From an uncultured Undibacterium sp. (lineage in GTDB: Bacteria; Pseudomonadota; Gammaproteobacteria; Burkholderiales; Burkholderiaceae_D), in assembly GCA_963512475.1 (NCBI GenBank), contig CAUPNA010000004.1, positions 2,551 to 66,550 of the forward strand: DNA of 64,000 nt, in the 5' to 3' direction. Below the pieces are notes generated by a model that was given only the letters and a program-made list of their open reading frames with translations, searched no databases and was not told where the DNA came from. Within the stretch, counting starts at the first letter, position 1. Each line of letters begins with the position of its first letter. Below are positions 53,873 through 62,998 of this stretch, piece by piece. The position numbers and the translations under genes are program-made.

Positions 53873-55489
53873 ATGAAAAAATTGAATATGGATGGTCGTC
53901 TGCGCCAGGTTGGTCGCCGCTCCATGGGACTTAGCTTGAGCCTATTCTTGGCATTCATTAGCCGAGGCTTCACAACGATGAAGTTAATAACCAGGCAGTC
54001 AAAACCCCTCAACGCTGAGACGCAGAGGAGCAGAGGAGCGCAGAGAAAACCTTGCAGCGCCTTCATGTCTTTGCTTCCTCTCTTTTTGTTTTTTCGGCGT
54101 CTCAGCGTCTCGGCGTTGAAGGGTCTTGTGCTTAACTTACTGGCGTTGAGCTTTACGCTAAGTCTAAGTTTCAGCCTGAGCGCTTGCGGCTCCGGTGACG
54201 CTACTTCCACAAAAACGGCAACACCGACAGTCAATGTCATCGTCCCCATCCCGCAAGCTATTGTGCGTGAAACGCCGACCATGTTGCATACCGAAGGCAC
54301 GCTGTGGTTGCGCGAGAGCGGTAAACCGATACAACTCAAGGGCGTCAATCTTGGCAATTGGCTGATGCAAGAATTTTGGATGATGGGGCAGGGTTCGAAC
54401 GGTATCGACGATCAGTGCAAACTAGAAGCAGTGTTGGATAAGCGTTTTGGTTATGCGGAACGGGAACGCCTTTACCGTATGTATCGCAAGAATTGGATGC
54501 GCGAGCGCGACTGGGATTTGATCGCGCAATACGGCATGAATGTGGTGCGTCTGCCTTTCATCTGGAGCGTGATCGAAGACGAAAAAAATCCCGGTCATCT
54601 ACGCATTGATGCTTGGGAATATCTAGACGATGCCATCGCTCAGGCAGAGCGTCGTGGCATGCACGTGATACTCGATTTGCACGGCGCGGTCGGTAGTCAG
54701 GGATGGGAACATCATTCCGGTTGCGCCGGTAAAAATTTGTATTGGAGCACACCTGAATTTCAAGAGCGCACGATCTGGTTGTGGCAAGCGATCGCGGCGC
54801 GTTATAAAGATAGGGCAGCGGTGGCAGGCTACAGTTTATTAAATGAGCCTTGGGGTACTACGCCTGATGTGATGGCAAAAGAAATGATTCGCCTGTATCA
54901 CGCGGTGCGTAGTGTCGACACTAATCATGTGATTATTTTGCCCGGTCATTCCAGTGGCATTGATGCGTATGGCAAACCAGCAGATCGAGGCATGCGCAAT
55001 GTCGCATTCGAAATGCATCCTTATCCAGGGTTTTTTGGTTGGGGTCAACCGTCGCTACAAGTACATAAAGATTGGTTGCGCTGCGGTAGTTCCGGCAATG
55101 GCGGCGTCTGCGAATGGAACACCCGATTAAAGAATTTGAATACCGCCTTATTGATAGGCGAGTTTCAACCCTGGGCGGGTTTAGGCGCGGAATTGGGTGG
55201 ACAAATTACCCGCGTCACCTATGACACATATGCCAGTTACGGATGGGCGGCCACGAGTTGGTCGTATAAATTGCTCAGTAATAATGGCGCGCAAGGCAAT
55301 GGTACCTGGGGACTGGTGACCAACAGTGCTCAAGTCAAAGTACCTGCGCTCGACTTTAATCAAGCTAGTTTGAGCGAGATAGAAAAATTATTCGAACTCT
55401 TTGGCAGCATTCCCTATGAACCACAACAGGCAGTAATGAATTGGATGACCAGCGCTGTTGCACCCGATCCTTTTGCACGTTCCCAATAA
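53873..55489 (+). CDS. GH5 glucanase, lipoprotein (true start uncertain)
   Basis: GVNLGNWL, NVVRLPF, ILDLHGA, LLNEP (acid/base), IGEF (nucleophile); lipobox LSAC at residue 105. Confidence 0.88.
   Translation: MKKLNMDGRLRQVGRRSMGLSLSLFLAFISRGFTTMKLITRQSKPLNAETQRSRGAQRKPCSAFMSLLPLFLFFRRLSVSALKGLVLNLLALSFTLSLSFSLSACGSGDATSTKTATPTVNVIVPIPQAIVRETPTMLHTEGTLWLRESGKPIQLKGVNLGNWLMQEFWMMGQGSNGIDDQCKLEAVLDKRFGYAERERLYRMYRKNWMRERDWDLIAQYGMNVVRLPFIWSVIEDEKNPGHLRIDAWEYLDDAIAQAERRGMHVILDLHGAVGSQGWEHHSGCAGKNLYWSTPEFQERTIWLWQAIAARYKDRAAVAGYSLLNEPWGTTPDVMAKEMIRLYHAVRSVDTNHVIILPGHSSGIDAYGKPADRGMRNVAFEMHPYPGFFGWGQPSLQVHKDWLRCGSSGNGGVCEWNTRLKNLNTALLIGEFQPWAGLGAELGGQITRVTYDTYASYGWAATSWSYKLLSNNGAQGNGTWGLVTNSAQVKVPALDFNQASLSEIEKLFELFGSIPYEPQQAVMNWMTSAVAPDPFARSQ
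54001..54136. repeat. MITE-like palindromic element, copy 2, inside the GH5 ORF
   Basis: aaaacccctcaacgctgagacgc ... gcgtctcggcgttgaagggtcttgtgcttaac, homologous to 52240-52351. Confidence 0.85.
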
Positions 55490-55493
55490 GCTT

Positions 55494-56879
55494 ATGATGA
55501 CTACTCCCTCTACTTCAGTGCTTCCTTCTCCCTCTCAACCTGCGCTAGCGCGCGCTGACTTTCCTGCCGATTTTGCTTGGGGTTGTTCGACATCTTCGTT
55601 TCAAATTGAAGGCGGTGCGGCGCTGGACGGACGCGCTGAATCAATCTGGGACAGATTCTGTCAACAGCCGGGCAAGATCCGCGATGGCAGCAATGCCAGC
55701 GTCGCCTGTGATCACTATCATCGCTGGCCAGAAGATCTGAATATCGCCCAACAATTTGGTATGAATGCTTATCGCTTTTCGATTGCATGGCCGCGAGTGA
55801 TCAGTGAATTAGGTGCGAAGCCCAATCAACGCGGACTCGATTTCTATTCGCGTCTGGTGGATGGCATGCTAGAGCGCGGCTTGCAACCTTGGGCCACGCT
55901 TTATCATTGGGATTTGCCGCAGTATTTGCAAGATCAGGGTGGTTGGGAGCGTCGTGCAACAGTCGATGCTTATCTTGAATATGTGGATGCGACCACTCGG
56001 CACTTAGGTGATAGAGTCAAACATTGGATCACGCACAATGAACCTTGGTGTACAGCCATGCATGGCAACTGGGATGGTATGCATGCGCCGGGTCAGCAAA
56101 ATTTCAAAGCGGCACTACAAGTGTGTCACCATGTATTGCTCTCCCATGGTTTGGCGGTACCTTTGATTAAATCGAATGTGGCGCAGGCACAAGTGGGTAT
56201 TGCCCTGAGCTTGCATCCGCTGCGCAGCGCAAGTGATTCGCCTGAAGACCAAGCAGCAATGCAGCGTCACGATGGCTTGCGCAATCGCTGGTTTCTTGAT
56301 CCTCTTTTTGGACGTGGCTATCCGGCTGATATCCTAGAACATTGTGCGGCGGATCTACCTGACATCGAGGCGACCGATCTCGAAGTCATCGCCACGCCGA
56401 TCGATTTTCTGGGCGTGAACTACTACTTCCCCGAAACGATTGCTGATGCGCCGGAAATACCACCCTTACATACTAAATTGGTCGTACTGCCAGATCGTGA
56501 GCGCACCGGTTTTGCCTGGGAAGTAGCGCCTGATGGGATGCGCGAATTGCTAGTCCGTATCAAAAATGATTATCCTAAGGTTCCCATTTTCTTGACCGAA
56601 AATGGTTCCAGCTATGAAGATCAGGTCGAAGCTGACGGTAGTGTTTGCGATATAGAACGGCGCAATTATTTCATGCGTCATCTGGATGCCTTGAAACAGG
56701 CACGTGCAGAAGGTGTTGATGTACGCGGCTATTTTGCCTGGAGTTTGATGGATAATTTTGAGTGGGCAGAAGGCTATTTACGCCGCTTTGGTATGGTGTA
56801 CATCGATTTTGTCACGCAGAAACGCACAGTGAAAGAAAGCGGACGCTGGTTTAGCGCGTTTTTGAATCAGAATAAATAG
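55494..56879 (+). CDS. GH1 beta-glucosidase (cytoplasmic)
   Basis: FAWG..TSSFQIEG, TLYHWDLP, THNEPW, FLTENG, WSLMDNFEWAEGY. Confidence 0.93.
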   Translation: MMTTPSTSVLPSPSQPALARADFPADFAWGCSTSSFQIEGGAALDGRAESIWDRFCQQPGKIRDGSNASVACDHYHRWPEDLNIAQQFGMNAYRFSIAWPRVISELGAKPNQRGLDFYSRLVDGMLERGLQPWATLYHWDLPQYLQDQGGWERRATVDAYLEYVDATTRHLGDRVKHWITHNEPWCTAMHGNWDGMHAPGQQNFKAALQVCHHVLLSHGLAVPLIKSNVAQAQVGIALSLHPLRSASDSPEDQAAMQRHDGLRNRWFLDPLFGRGYPADILEHCAADLPDIEATDLEVIATPIDFLGVNYYFPETIADAPEIPPLHTKLVVLPDRERTGFAWEVAPDGMRELLVRIKNDYPKVPIFLTENGSSYEDQVEADGSVCDIERRNYFMRHLDALKQARAEGVDVRGYFAWSLMDNFEWAEGYLRRFGMVYIDFVTQKRTVKESGRWFSAFLNQNK

Positions 56880-57149
56880 TATTGCAAAATGGGTAATCGT
56901 GGCCTGCGATTATTAACAAGTCCGTTATGTGGATTTGCTGCACTAGGGTTTATGCACTACTTTTCCCGGGGGGGAGGAGTAAGCAAGAGTGGAGGCGAAT
57001 GGCAATCAACACAACTTGATGCGCCGTTCGCCTCGCATTCTAAACGCCAATTTTGCCCGCTAGTATGGTTTGCCCACATGCTATTTCTCCCAGCTTTTCG
57101 TCCCTAAGTTGTATCTCTTTCACATCCCCAAAACATTTTTTAAAAATAA

Positions 57150-57197
57150 TTGGTAACGTTTCCAAAATTCATTTAGAATAAAACGGAAACGTTACCA
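57150..57197 (+). promoter_or_regulatory. GH3 promoter with two operators
   Basis: TTGGTA-18-TAGAAT (57150-57179); operators TGGTAACGTTTCCA 57151-57164 and CGGAAACGTTACCA 57184-57197. Confidence 0.78.
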
Positions 57198-57254
57198 ATT
57201 AATGCAAAAGTGATTCAAAAGACCACTTAATTTGCGCGAACCACTTGTTGAAAT

Positions 57255-57293
57255 TCCCATCCCACGCAGGCGAGAGAGGGCTGGGATGAGGGG
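57255..57293. repeat. Degenerate CCCTCTCCC-type REP
   Basis: tcccatcccacgcaggcgagagagggctgggatgagggg. Confidence 0.6.
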
Positions 57294-57339
57294 CGTTCAG
57301 GAACATCAAAATTCTTGACCGACATAAACAGCAATGCCT

Positions 57340-57408
57340 GTAGGGCGGGTGAAACCCGCGCCGACTAGCCTTTACGAACCTGAGCAGCGTGGGTTGCACC
57401 CGCCCTAC
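57340..57408. repeat. GTAG-type REP doublet (REPIN-like)
   Basis: gtagggcgggtgaaacccgcgc ... gcgtgggttgcacccgccctac. Confidence 0.85.
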
Positions 57409-57471
57409 AAGATCGTATAAACAATTGAGCCTTAAAACCAAGACATTAGAAAACTAATCGAGAGACAAAAC

Positions 57472-60045
57472 GTGAAACTAACGACAAAAAAAATGACCAG
57501 CTTGCAGCTCGCTTTAGCTGTACTGTGCAGTGCAGGCTTTCATAGCGTCGCTAACGCAGCCCCGACAACAACTGCAGCGCCCGCCACCATTAAAGGCTGG
57601 CCGCACATCAAGAGCGCGATCGCCAAAGACCCAGCGATGGAAACGAAGATCGCCAAGATGGTTCGCAACATGACGCTGGCGCAAAAAGTCGGGCAAATGA
57701 CGCAGCCGGAAATCAAATTCATTACACCAGATGACGTGCGTAAATATTATCTGGGCTCAGTGCTCAATGGCGGCGGCAGCTGGCCAAAAATGAATAAGTA
57801 CGCGACCGCAGCGGACTGGGTCAGTCTGGCTGATCAATATTACGCAGCATCGATGAGTACCGATATGGTAGACAAAGTGCCAGTGATTTGGGGCATTGAT
57901 GCGATTCATGGCAATAGCAATGTGGTTGGTGCGACCTTGTTCCCACATAATATTGGCCTAGGTGCCGCGCGTAATCCCAAGCTGATCGCACAGATGGCTG
58001 AGCATGTTGGCAAAGCAGTGCGTGCCACTGGCATCGCCTGGGTCTTCGCACCGACGCTCGCGGTCGGACGTGACGCGCGCTGGGGACGTACTTATGAGAG
58101 TTTTTCAGAAGACGGACGCCTGGTCAAAGACTACGGCGCGGTGTACGTCAAAGCCTTGCAAGGCAAATTTAAAGACGACAAGAACGTTGTCGCCACTGCC
58201 AAACATTTCATTGGAGATGGCGGCACTGACAAAGGTGTTGATCGCGGCGTAACCAAAGCGACTTTGAGTGAGATGTTGAACCAGCATGCACAAGGCTATT
58301 ACGGCGCCTTTGCCGAAGGTGCGCAGACCGTCATGGCATCCTACAACAGCTGGCATGACGTTGCAGGCAATGTGAACTACGGCAAAATGCACGGCAGCAA
58401 AGCCCTGTTGACGGATGCCTTGAAAGACAAAATGGGCTTCGATGGTTTTGTCGTGTCGGATTGGGACGGTATCGCCGAGGTGCCTGGTTGTAGCAACGAT
58501 AGCTGCCCGCAAGCGATTAATGCGGGTATCGATATGGTGATGGTGCCAGACAACTGGAAATCCTTTATTGCCAATACCATCGCTCAAGTTGAGCGTGGCG
58601 AGATTCCTATGGCGCGTATCGATGATGCGGTGAGTCGTATTCTGCGTGTCAAATTGCGCGCTGGTTTGTTCGGCAAAAAACCATCCGACAATCAATACGC
58701 TGGTAAGCAGGACGCACTGCTGGCACGCGACATCGCACGTCGGGCTGTGCGTGAATCCTTAGTGCTGTTAAAGAACAATGACAGTGTTTTACCATTGGCT
58801 CGCGGCAAAAAAATTCTGGTTGTCGGTAAGAGTGCAGATAGCATGATCAATCAATCCGGTGGATGGTCTATCACCTGGCAAGGCACAGAAAACAAAGAAG
58901 CAGACTACACACCTGGCGACACGCTATTAACCGGCATTAAAGAAGCCGCTGGTGCTGTCAATGTGCATTACAGTGCTAACGGTGAGGGTGTCGATGTCGC
59001 CCAATTCGACGTGGTTGTCGCCGTATTGGGTGAAACGCCGTATGCCGAAGGTTTTGGTGATGTGGCGGCCAGCCGTGGTTTGAGTCACAGCCAACAGTTT
59101 CCAGAAGACTTAGCGGTACTGAAAAAAGTCGCTAACAAAGGTAAACCGGTAGTCACCCTATTATTGAGTGGTCGTGCTGTGTACGCCAACGATTTACTGA
59201 ACTTGTCCGACAGCTTTGTCGCTGCCTGGTTACCGGGTACAGAAGGTAAAGGCGTTGCCGATGTTTTATTCAAAAATGCCCAAGGCAAAGTCGCACACGC
59301 CATCAAAGGTCGCTTGTCATTTTCATGGCCAGCAAAAGCCTGCTTATCATCAACATTAACCTCAACACTGACACACGCCGCAGCAACAGGCGGCAGCGAG
59401 ACTTTGTTCAAGTATGGCTATGGCTTGCAATACGGTAAAGCACCACGCATGGCGGTCTTAGCTGAAGACACCAGCACCGCTTGCGAGGTAGCGTCCAGCC
59501 TGGTCATCTCGAATCCGCAAGATCAAACTAGCTACCCACTTTCAGTGACCACTGGCAAACGCAAAGTCACGCTAGGTAGCGAACTGGCTTTAAGCAAAGC
59601 TGAAGACACCGTCGCAGCAAAAACCGTACAAGTCGGAGCGGTTAGCGGTAATCAAATCAGCTGGAGTGGTAAAGGACGTTTCGAAGCGGCTGCAGCATTC
59701 GCCACACCTATACCCGCCAATTTGGTACCCGATGGCGCATTGCAATTCTTAGCTCAAGTACAAACCGCACCTGCTGGCCGAGTCGGTATGACAATGGAAT
59801 GCGGCGAAACCTGCACCGCCAGCCTCGATCTCAGTTCCACCTTCAAAAACATGGCAGGTGCTGGCGCTAAGGCTGTGAAAATTCCGTTGTCTTGCTTCAG
59901 TGCTTTAGGTGTCGATATGCGTAAAGTCAAAACACCATTTAACGTCAGCACCGATGCGAATTTTGTAGCGGCTTTTGCCGACATCAAAATCGTCGCGGGC
60001 GCAGCGAAAGATGCAGATGCGCTGTCGTGCGCGAGCTTGAAGTAA
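57472..60045 (+). CDS. GH3 exo-beta-glucosidase/glucanase, secreted, with C-terminal beta-sandwich domain
   Basis: Signal peptide, KVGQMTQPE, DAIHG, FPHNIGLGA, WGRTYESFSE, AKHFIGDGG, VVSDW nucleophile. Confidence 0.93.
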   Translation: MKLTTKKMTSLQLALAVLCSAGFHSVANAAPTTTAAPATIKGWPHIKSAIAKDPAMETKIAKMVRNMTLAQKVGQMTQPEIKFITPDDVRKYYLGSVLNGGGSWPKMNKYATAADWVSLADQYYAASMSTDMVDKVPVIWGIDAIHGNSNVVGATLFPHNIGLGAARNPKLIAQMAEHVGKAVRATGIAWVFAPTLAVGRDARWGRTYESFSEDGRLVKDYGAVYVKALQGKFKDDKNVVATAKHFIGDGGTDKGVDRGVTKATLSEMLNQHAQGYYGAFAEGAQTVMASYNSWHDVAGNVNYGKMHGSKALLTDALKDKMGFDGFVVSDWDGIAEVPGCSNDSCPQAINAGIDMVMVPDNWKSFIANTIAQVERGEIPMARIDDAVSRILRVKLRAGLFGKKPSDNQYAGKQDALLARDIARRAVRESLVLLKNNDSVLPLARGKKILVVGKSADSMINQSGGWSITWQGTENKEADYTPGDTLLTGIKEAAGAVNVHYSANGEGVDVAQFDVVVAVLGETPYAEGFGDVAASRGLSHSQQFPEDLAVLKKVANKGKPVVTLLLSGRAVYANDLLNLSDSFVAAWLPGTEGKGVADVLFKNAQGKVAHAIKGRLSFSWPAKACLSSTLTSTLTHAAATGGSETLFKYGYGLQYGKAPRMAVLAEDTSTACEVASSLVISNPQDQTSYPLSVTTGKRKVTLGSELALSKAEDTVAAKTVQVGAVSGNQISWSGKGRFEAAAAFATPIPANLVPDGALQFLAQVQTAPAGRVGMTMECGETCTASLDLSSTFKNMAGAGAKAVKIPLSCFSALGVDMRKVKTPFNVSTDANFVAAFADIKIVAGAAKDADALSCASLK

Positions 60046-60057
60046 GTGATGTTTTTA

Positions 60058-60093
60058 CCCTCTCCCGCAAGCGGGAGAGGGCCAGGGTGAGGG
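60058..60093. repeat. CCCTCTCCC-type REP
   Basis: ccctctcccgcaagcgggagagggccagggtgaggg. Confidence 0.85.
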
Positions 60094-60135
60094 TGGTTCA
60101 GTAGCGATAAAAGTGGCAAGCGACAAGACAAAAAA

Positions 60136-60217
60136 GTAGGGCGGGTGCAACCCGCGCCGCCATAACGTAGCGCACGCGTGATCAACCCATGAACCGCGCG
60201 GGTTGCACCCGTCCTAC
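60136..60217. repeat. GTAG-type REP doublet (REPIN-like)
   Basis: gtagggcgggtgcaacccgcgc ... gcgcgggttgcacccgtcctac. Confidence 0.85.
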
Positions 60218-60306
60218 ATTAGGCATCACAAGATTTGCAGCAAATTAAGCAACGAGTTACGCAACGAATCACGCAACAACAAACTAAAACAATAAGGAGA
60301 CACAAC

Positions 60307-61626
60307 ATGGCAAGTCAAATGGGTAGTAATGCCATCCCCAACCGAGTCGATGGCGAAGTGAGTAGTACGGTCAAAAACAATAACTCCGCCTTGGTGATCG
60401 TTACCCTATTGTTCTTTATGTGGGGTTTGCTGACCTCCTTGAATGATGTATTGATACCGCATTTGAAGTCCGTTTACACCTTGACCTATGTGCAAGCGAT
60501 GTTGGTGCAATTTTGTTTTTTTGGTGCCTATTTTATTGTGTCTTGGCCAGCAGGAATTTTGATTAAGCGGATAGGTTATCAAAGTGGTGCGGTAGCGGGT
60601 TTGGTGATTGCCGCTATCGGTTGCGCTTTGTTCTATCCCGCCGCTACACGCGGCTATGGTCTGTTTCTGCTGGCATTTTTTGTTCTGGCTTCCGGCATCA
60701 CGATTTTGCAAGTGGCAGCAAATCCTTATGTCACGGTATTAGGCGATGCAAAAACCGCCTCTAGTCGTTTGACCTTGACCCAGGCATTTAATTCTCTCGG
60801 CACAACCATCGCGCCGGCCTTAGGCGGATTCTTAATTCTCTCCGGTGTTGTACTTACTGCGGCACAGTTTGAAGCCTTACCCGCCGCCGAACAATTGGCA
60901 CACAGAGCAAAAGAAGCGGCAGCAGTACAAGGCCCTTATCTGGCATTGGCTGCTGCGTTACTAGTTCTGGCGATCTTGTTTGCGTTAGCACGCCTACCTA
61001 AAATCTCGCATGAAGAAGAGCTCGTGATTAGCACCTCTGCGCCAAGTCAACATGCCTCCGTTCTCTCGCATAAGCATTTGGTCTTGGGCGCGATTGGCAT
61101 TTTTTTATATGTCGGTGGCGAAGTTAGTATTGGCAGTTTCTTGATCAACTTCCTAGGCGAGAGTCACATCGCCAACTTGAGTGCTGCCGATGCCGCACAT
61201 TACGTTAGCTACTACTGGGGCGGTGCGATGGTGGGTCGATTCATCGGTTTTGTGGTCATGCGTAAAGTCAGTCCGGGTAAAGCCTTGGCTTTCAATGCGG
61301 CCTGCTCGATCGCTTTGATCTTGGCAGCCATCTTCGCCAGTGGCAATGTCGCAATGTGGGCAATTATCGCGGTGGGCTTATGTAACTCGATTATGTTCCC
61401 GACGATTTTCAGTATGGCCTTAAAAGACTTGGGCAAATTCACAGGACAAGGCTCGGGCGTCTTGTGTATGGCAATTGTCGGTGGTGCGATTGTGCCCTTT
61501 GTACAGGGATTTTTTGCGGATCAGATAGGCTTGCAATGGTCGTTCTTTGTACCGGCTGCTTGCTACGTGTTCATCCTCTATTTCGGCGTGAAATATGCTG
61601 GTATGTACGATAAACCTGCATTCTGA
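60307..61626 (+). CDS. Glucose/galactose MFS transporter (GluP/FucP family)
   Basis: [44 protein letters not shown]; ATG 60307 after TAAGGAG. Confidence 0.92.
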   Translation: MASQMGSNAIPNRVDGEVSSTVKNNNSALVIVTLLFFMWGLLTSLNDVLIPHLKSVYTLTYVQAMLVQFCFFGAYFIVSWPAGILIKRIGYQSGAVAGLVIAAIGCALFYPAATRGYGLFLLAFFVLASGITILQVAANPYVTVLGDAKTASSRLTLTQAFNSLGTTIAPALGGFLILSGVVLTAAQFEALPAAEQLAHRAKEAAAVQGPYLALAAALLVLAILFALARLPKISHEEELVISTSAPSQHASVLSHKHLVLGAIGIFLYVGGEVSIGSFLINFLGESHIANLSAADAAHYVSYYWGGAMVGRFIGFVVMRKVSPGKALAFNAACSIALILAAIFASGNVAMWAIIAVGLCNSIMFPTIFSMALKDLGKFTGQGSGVLCMAIVGGAIVPFVQGFFADQIGLQWSFFVPAACYVFILYFGVKYAGMYDKPAF

Positions 61627-61647
61627 AAATCAATCAAGGACAGCGCC

Positions 61648-62994
61648 ATGCCGGAACAAACAGCCCTAGCCCAACAATTCCCCACCGAATTTGTGTGGGG
61701 TGTAGCCACCAGTGCTTACCAAATTGAAGGTGCCGCCAATGAAGGCGGACGAGCACCTTCGATCTGGGACACATTTAGTCATACGCGAGGCAAGATACTC
61801 GATGGCGGCAGTGGCGACGTGGCCTGCGACCACTACCATCGTTATGCCGAGGATGTAGAACATATCGCGAATCTTGGCGTTGATGCGTATCGTTTTTCGG
61901 TGTCGTGGTCGCGTGTGCAGCCCGATGGCAGCGGTGCTTGGAACGAAGAAGGCATGGCTTTCTATGCCCGTCTAATTCATGCTTTAGCGCAAAAAAATAT
62001 TAGTGCGCATATGACCTTGTATCACTGGGATTTACCGCAAGCATTGGAAGAGCAGGGTGGTTGGCTCAATCGCGACACCGCCGTGCATTTCGCTCGTTAC
62101 GCACAAGAAATTGCAGCACGTTTTGGTGATCAACTAGCCAGTATCGCCACCCACAATGAGCCTTGGTGTACCGCAAATCTTGGTTATGGCAACGGCCAAT
62201 TTGCCCCCGGTGTGAAGGACGAAGTCGCTGCTTTGCAGGTCTCACATCACCTTTTGTTATCGCATGGTTTGGCAATACAAGCGATGCGCACCCAAAACAA
62301 AAAAGCCAAGCTAGGCATAGTCTTAAATCAATGGACCGCCGATCCCGCCACCGACAGTGAAGCAGACCGTACCGCAGCTGCGTTGGAATACGCTCGCTCA
62401 GTACAATGGTTTATGGACCCGATCTTTCGTGGACACTATCCTGAATTGGCACTCGCTAAAATAGACCAGTCACGTTTTGTGGTCGCCCCCGGTGATCTGC
62501 AAGCGATACATCAACCCTTAGATTTCTTAGGCGTGAATTACTATTTCCGTGCCTACGTCAGCACCGAAACCCCACCGCGCCTGCCGGAAGCCAAACTAGG
62601 CTTAACCGACATGGGCTGGGAAATTTATCCAGAGGGCCTAAGCCGCCTCTTGATCGGCATACACGAAGAGTACAAGGACCTAGGACTACCACCGATCTAC
62701 ATCACAGAAAACGGTATGGCCGTCGCCGACCAGCTCGAAGGCGAACAAATCCACGATAGCCAACGCATCGATTACATGCAACGCCACTTTCAAGAAGTCG
62801 CAAACGCGATCGCCGCTGGCGTGAACATTAAAGGATTCTTTTATTGGAGCTTGCTCGATAATTTCGAATGGAATTCAGGCTACCTGCGCCGCTTTGGTTT
62901 GATCTATGTGGACTATGTGAGTCAGCGTAGGATCTGGAAGGATAGTGCGATTTGGTTTAAGGGGTTTGTGCAGAAGTTTCGGGGGCTGGTTTGA
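61648..62994 (+). CDS. GH1 beta-glucosidase (second paralog)
   Basis: FVWGVATSAYQIEG, TLYHWDLPQ, THNEPW, YITENG, WSLLDNFEW. Confidence 0.93.
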   Translation: MPEQTALAQQFPTEFVWGVATSAYQIEGAANEGGRAPSIWDTFSHTRGKILDGGSGDVACDHYHRYAEDVEHIANLGVDAYRFSVSWSRVQPDGSGAWNEEGMAFYARLIHALAQKNISAHMTLYHWDLPQALEEQGGWLNRDTAVHFARYAQEIAARFGDQLASIATHNEPWCTANLGYGNGQFAPGVKDEVAALQVSHHLLLSHGLAIQAMRTQNKKAKLGIVLNQWTADPATDSEADRTAAALEYARSVQWFMDPIFRGHYPELALAKIDQSRFVVAPGDLQAIHQPLDFLGVNYYFRAYVSTETPPRLPEAKLGLTDMGWEIYPEGLSRLLIGIHEEYKDLGLPPIYITENGMAVADQLEGEQIHDSQRIDYMQRHFQEVANAIAAGVNIKGFFYWSLLDNFEWNSGYLRRFGLIYVDYVSQRRIWKDSAIWFKGFVQKFRGLV

Positions 62995-62998
62995 TGAT

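Noticed and set aside
52099-54357. ORFs 52099-52353, 52196-52453 and 53809-54357
   Set aside because: Their shared peptides (PLNAET, RRLSVSAL) are readings of the palindromic element, not genes
57255-57408. CRISPR array suggested by recurring palindromes
   Set aside because: Repeats are inverted doublets, not regularly spaced direct repeats, and no cas genes are present
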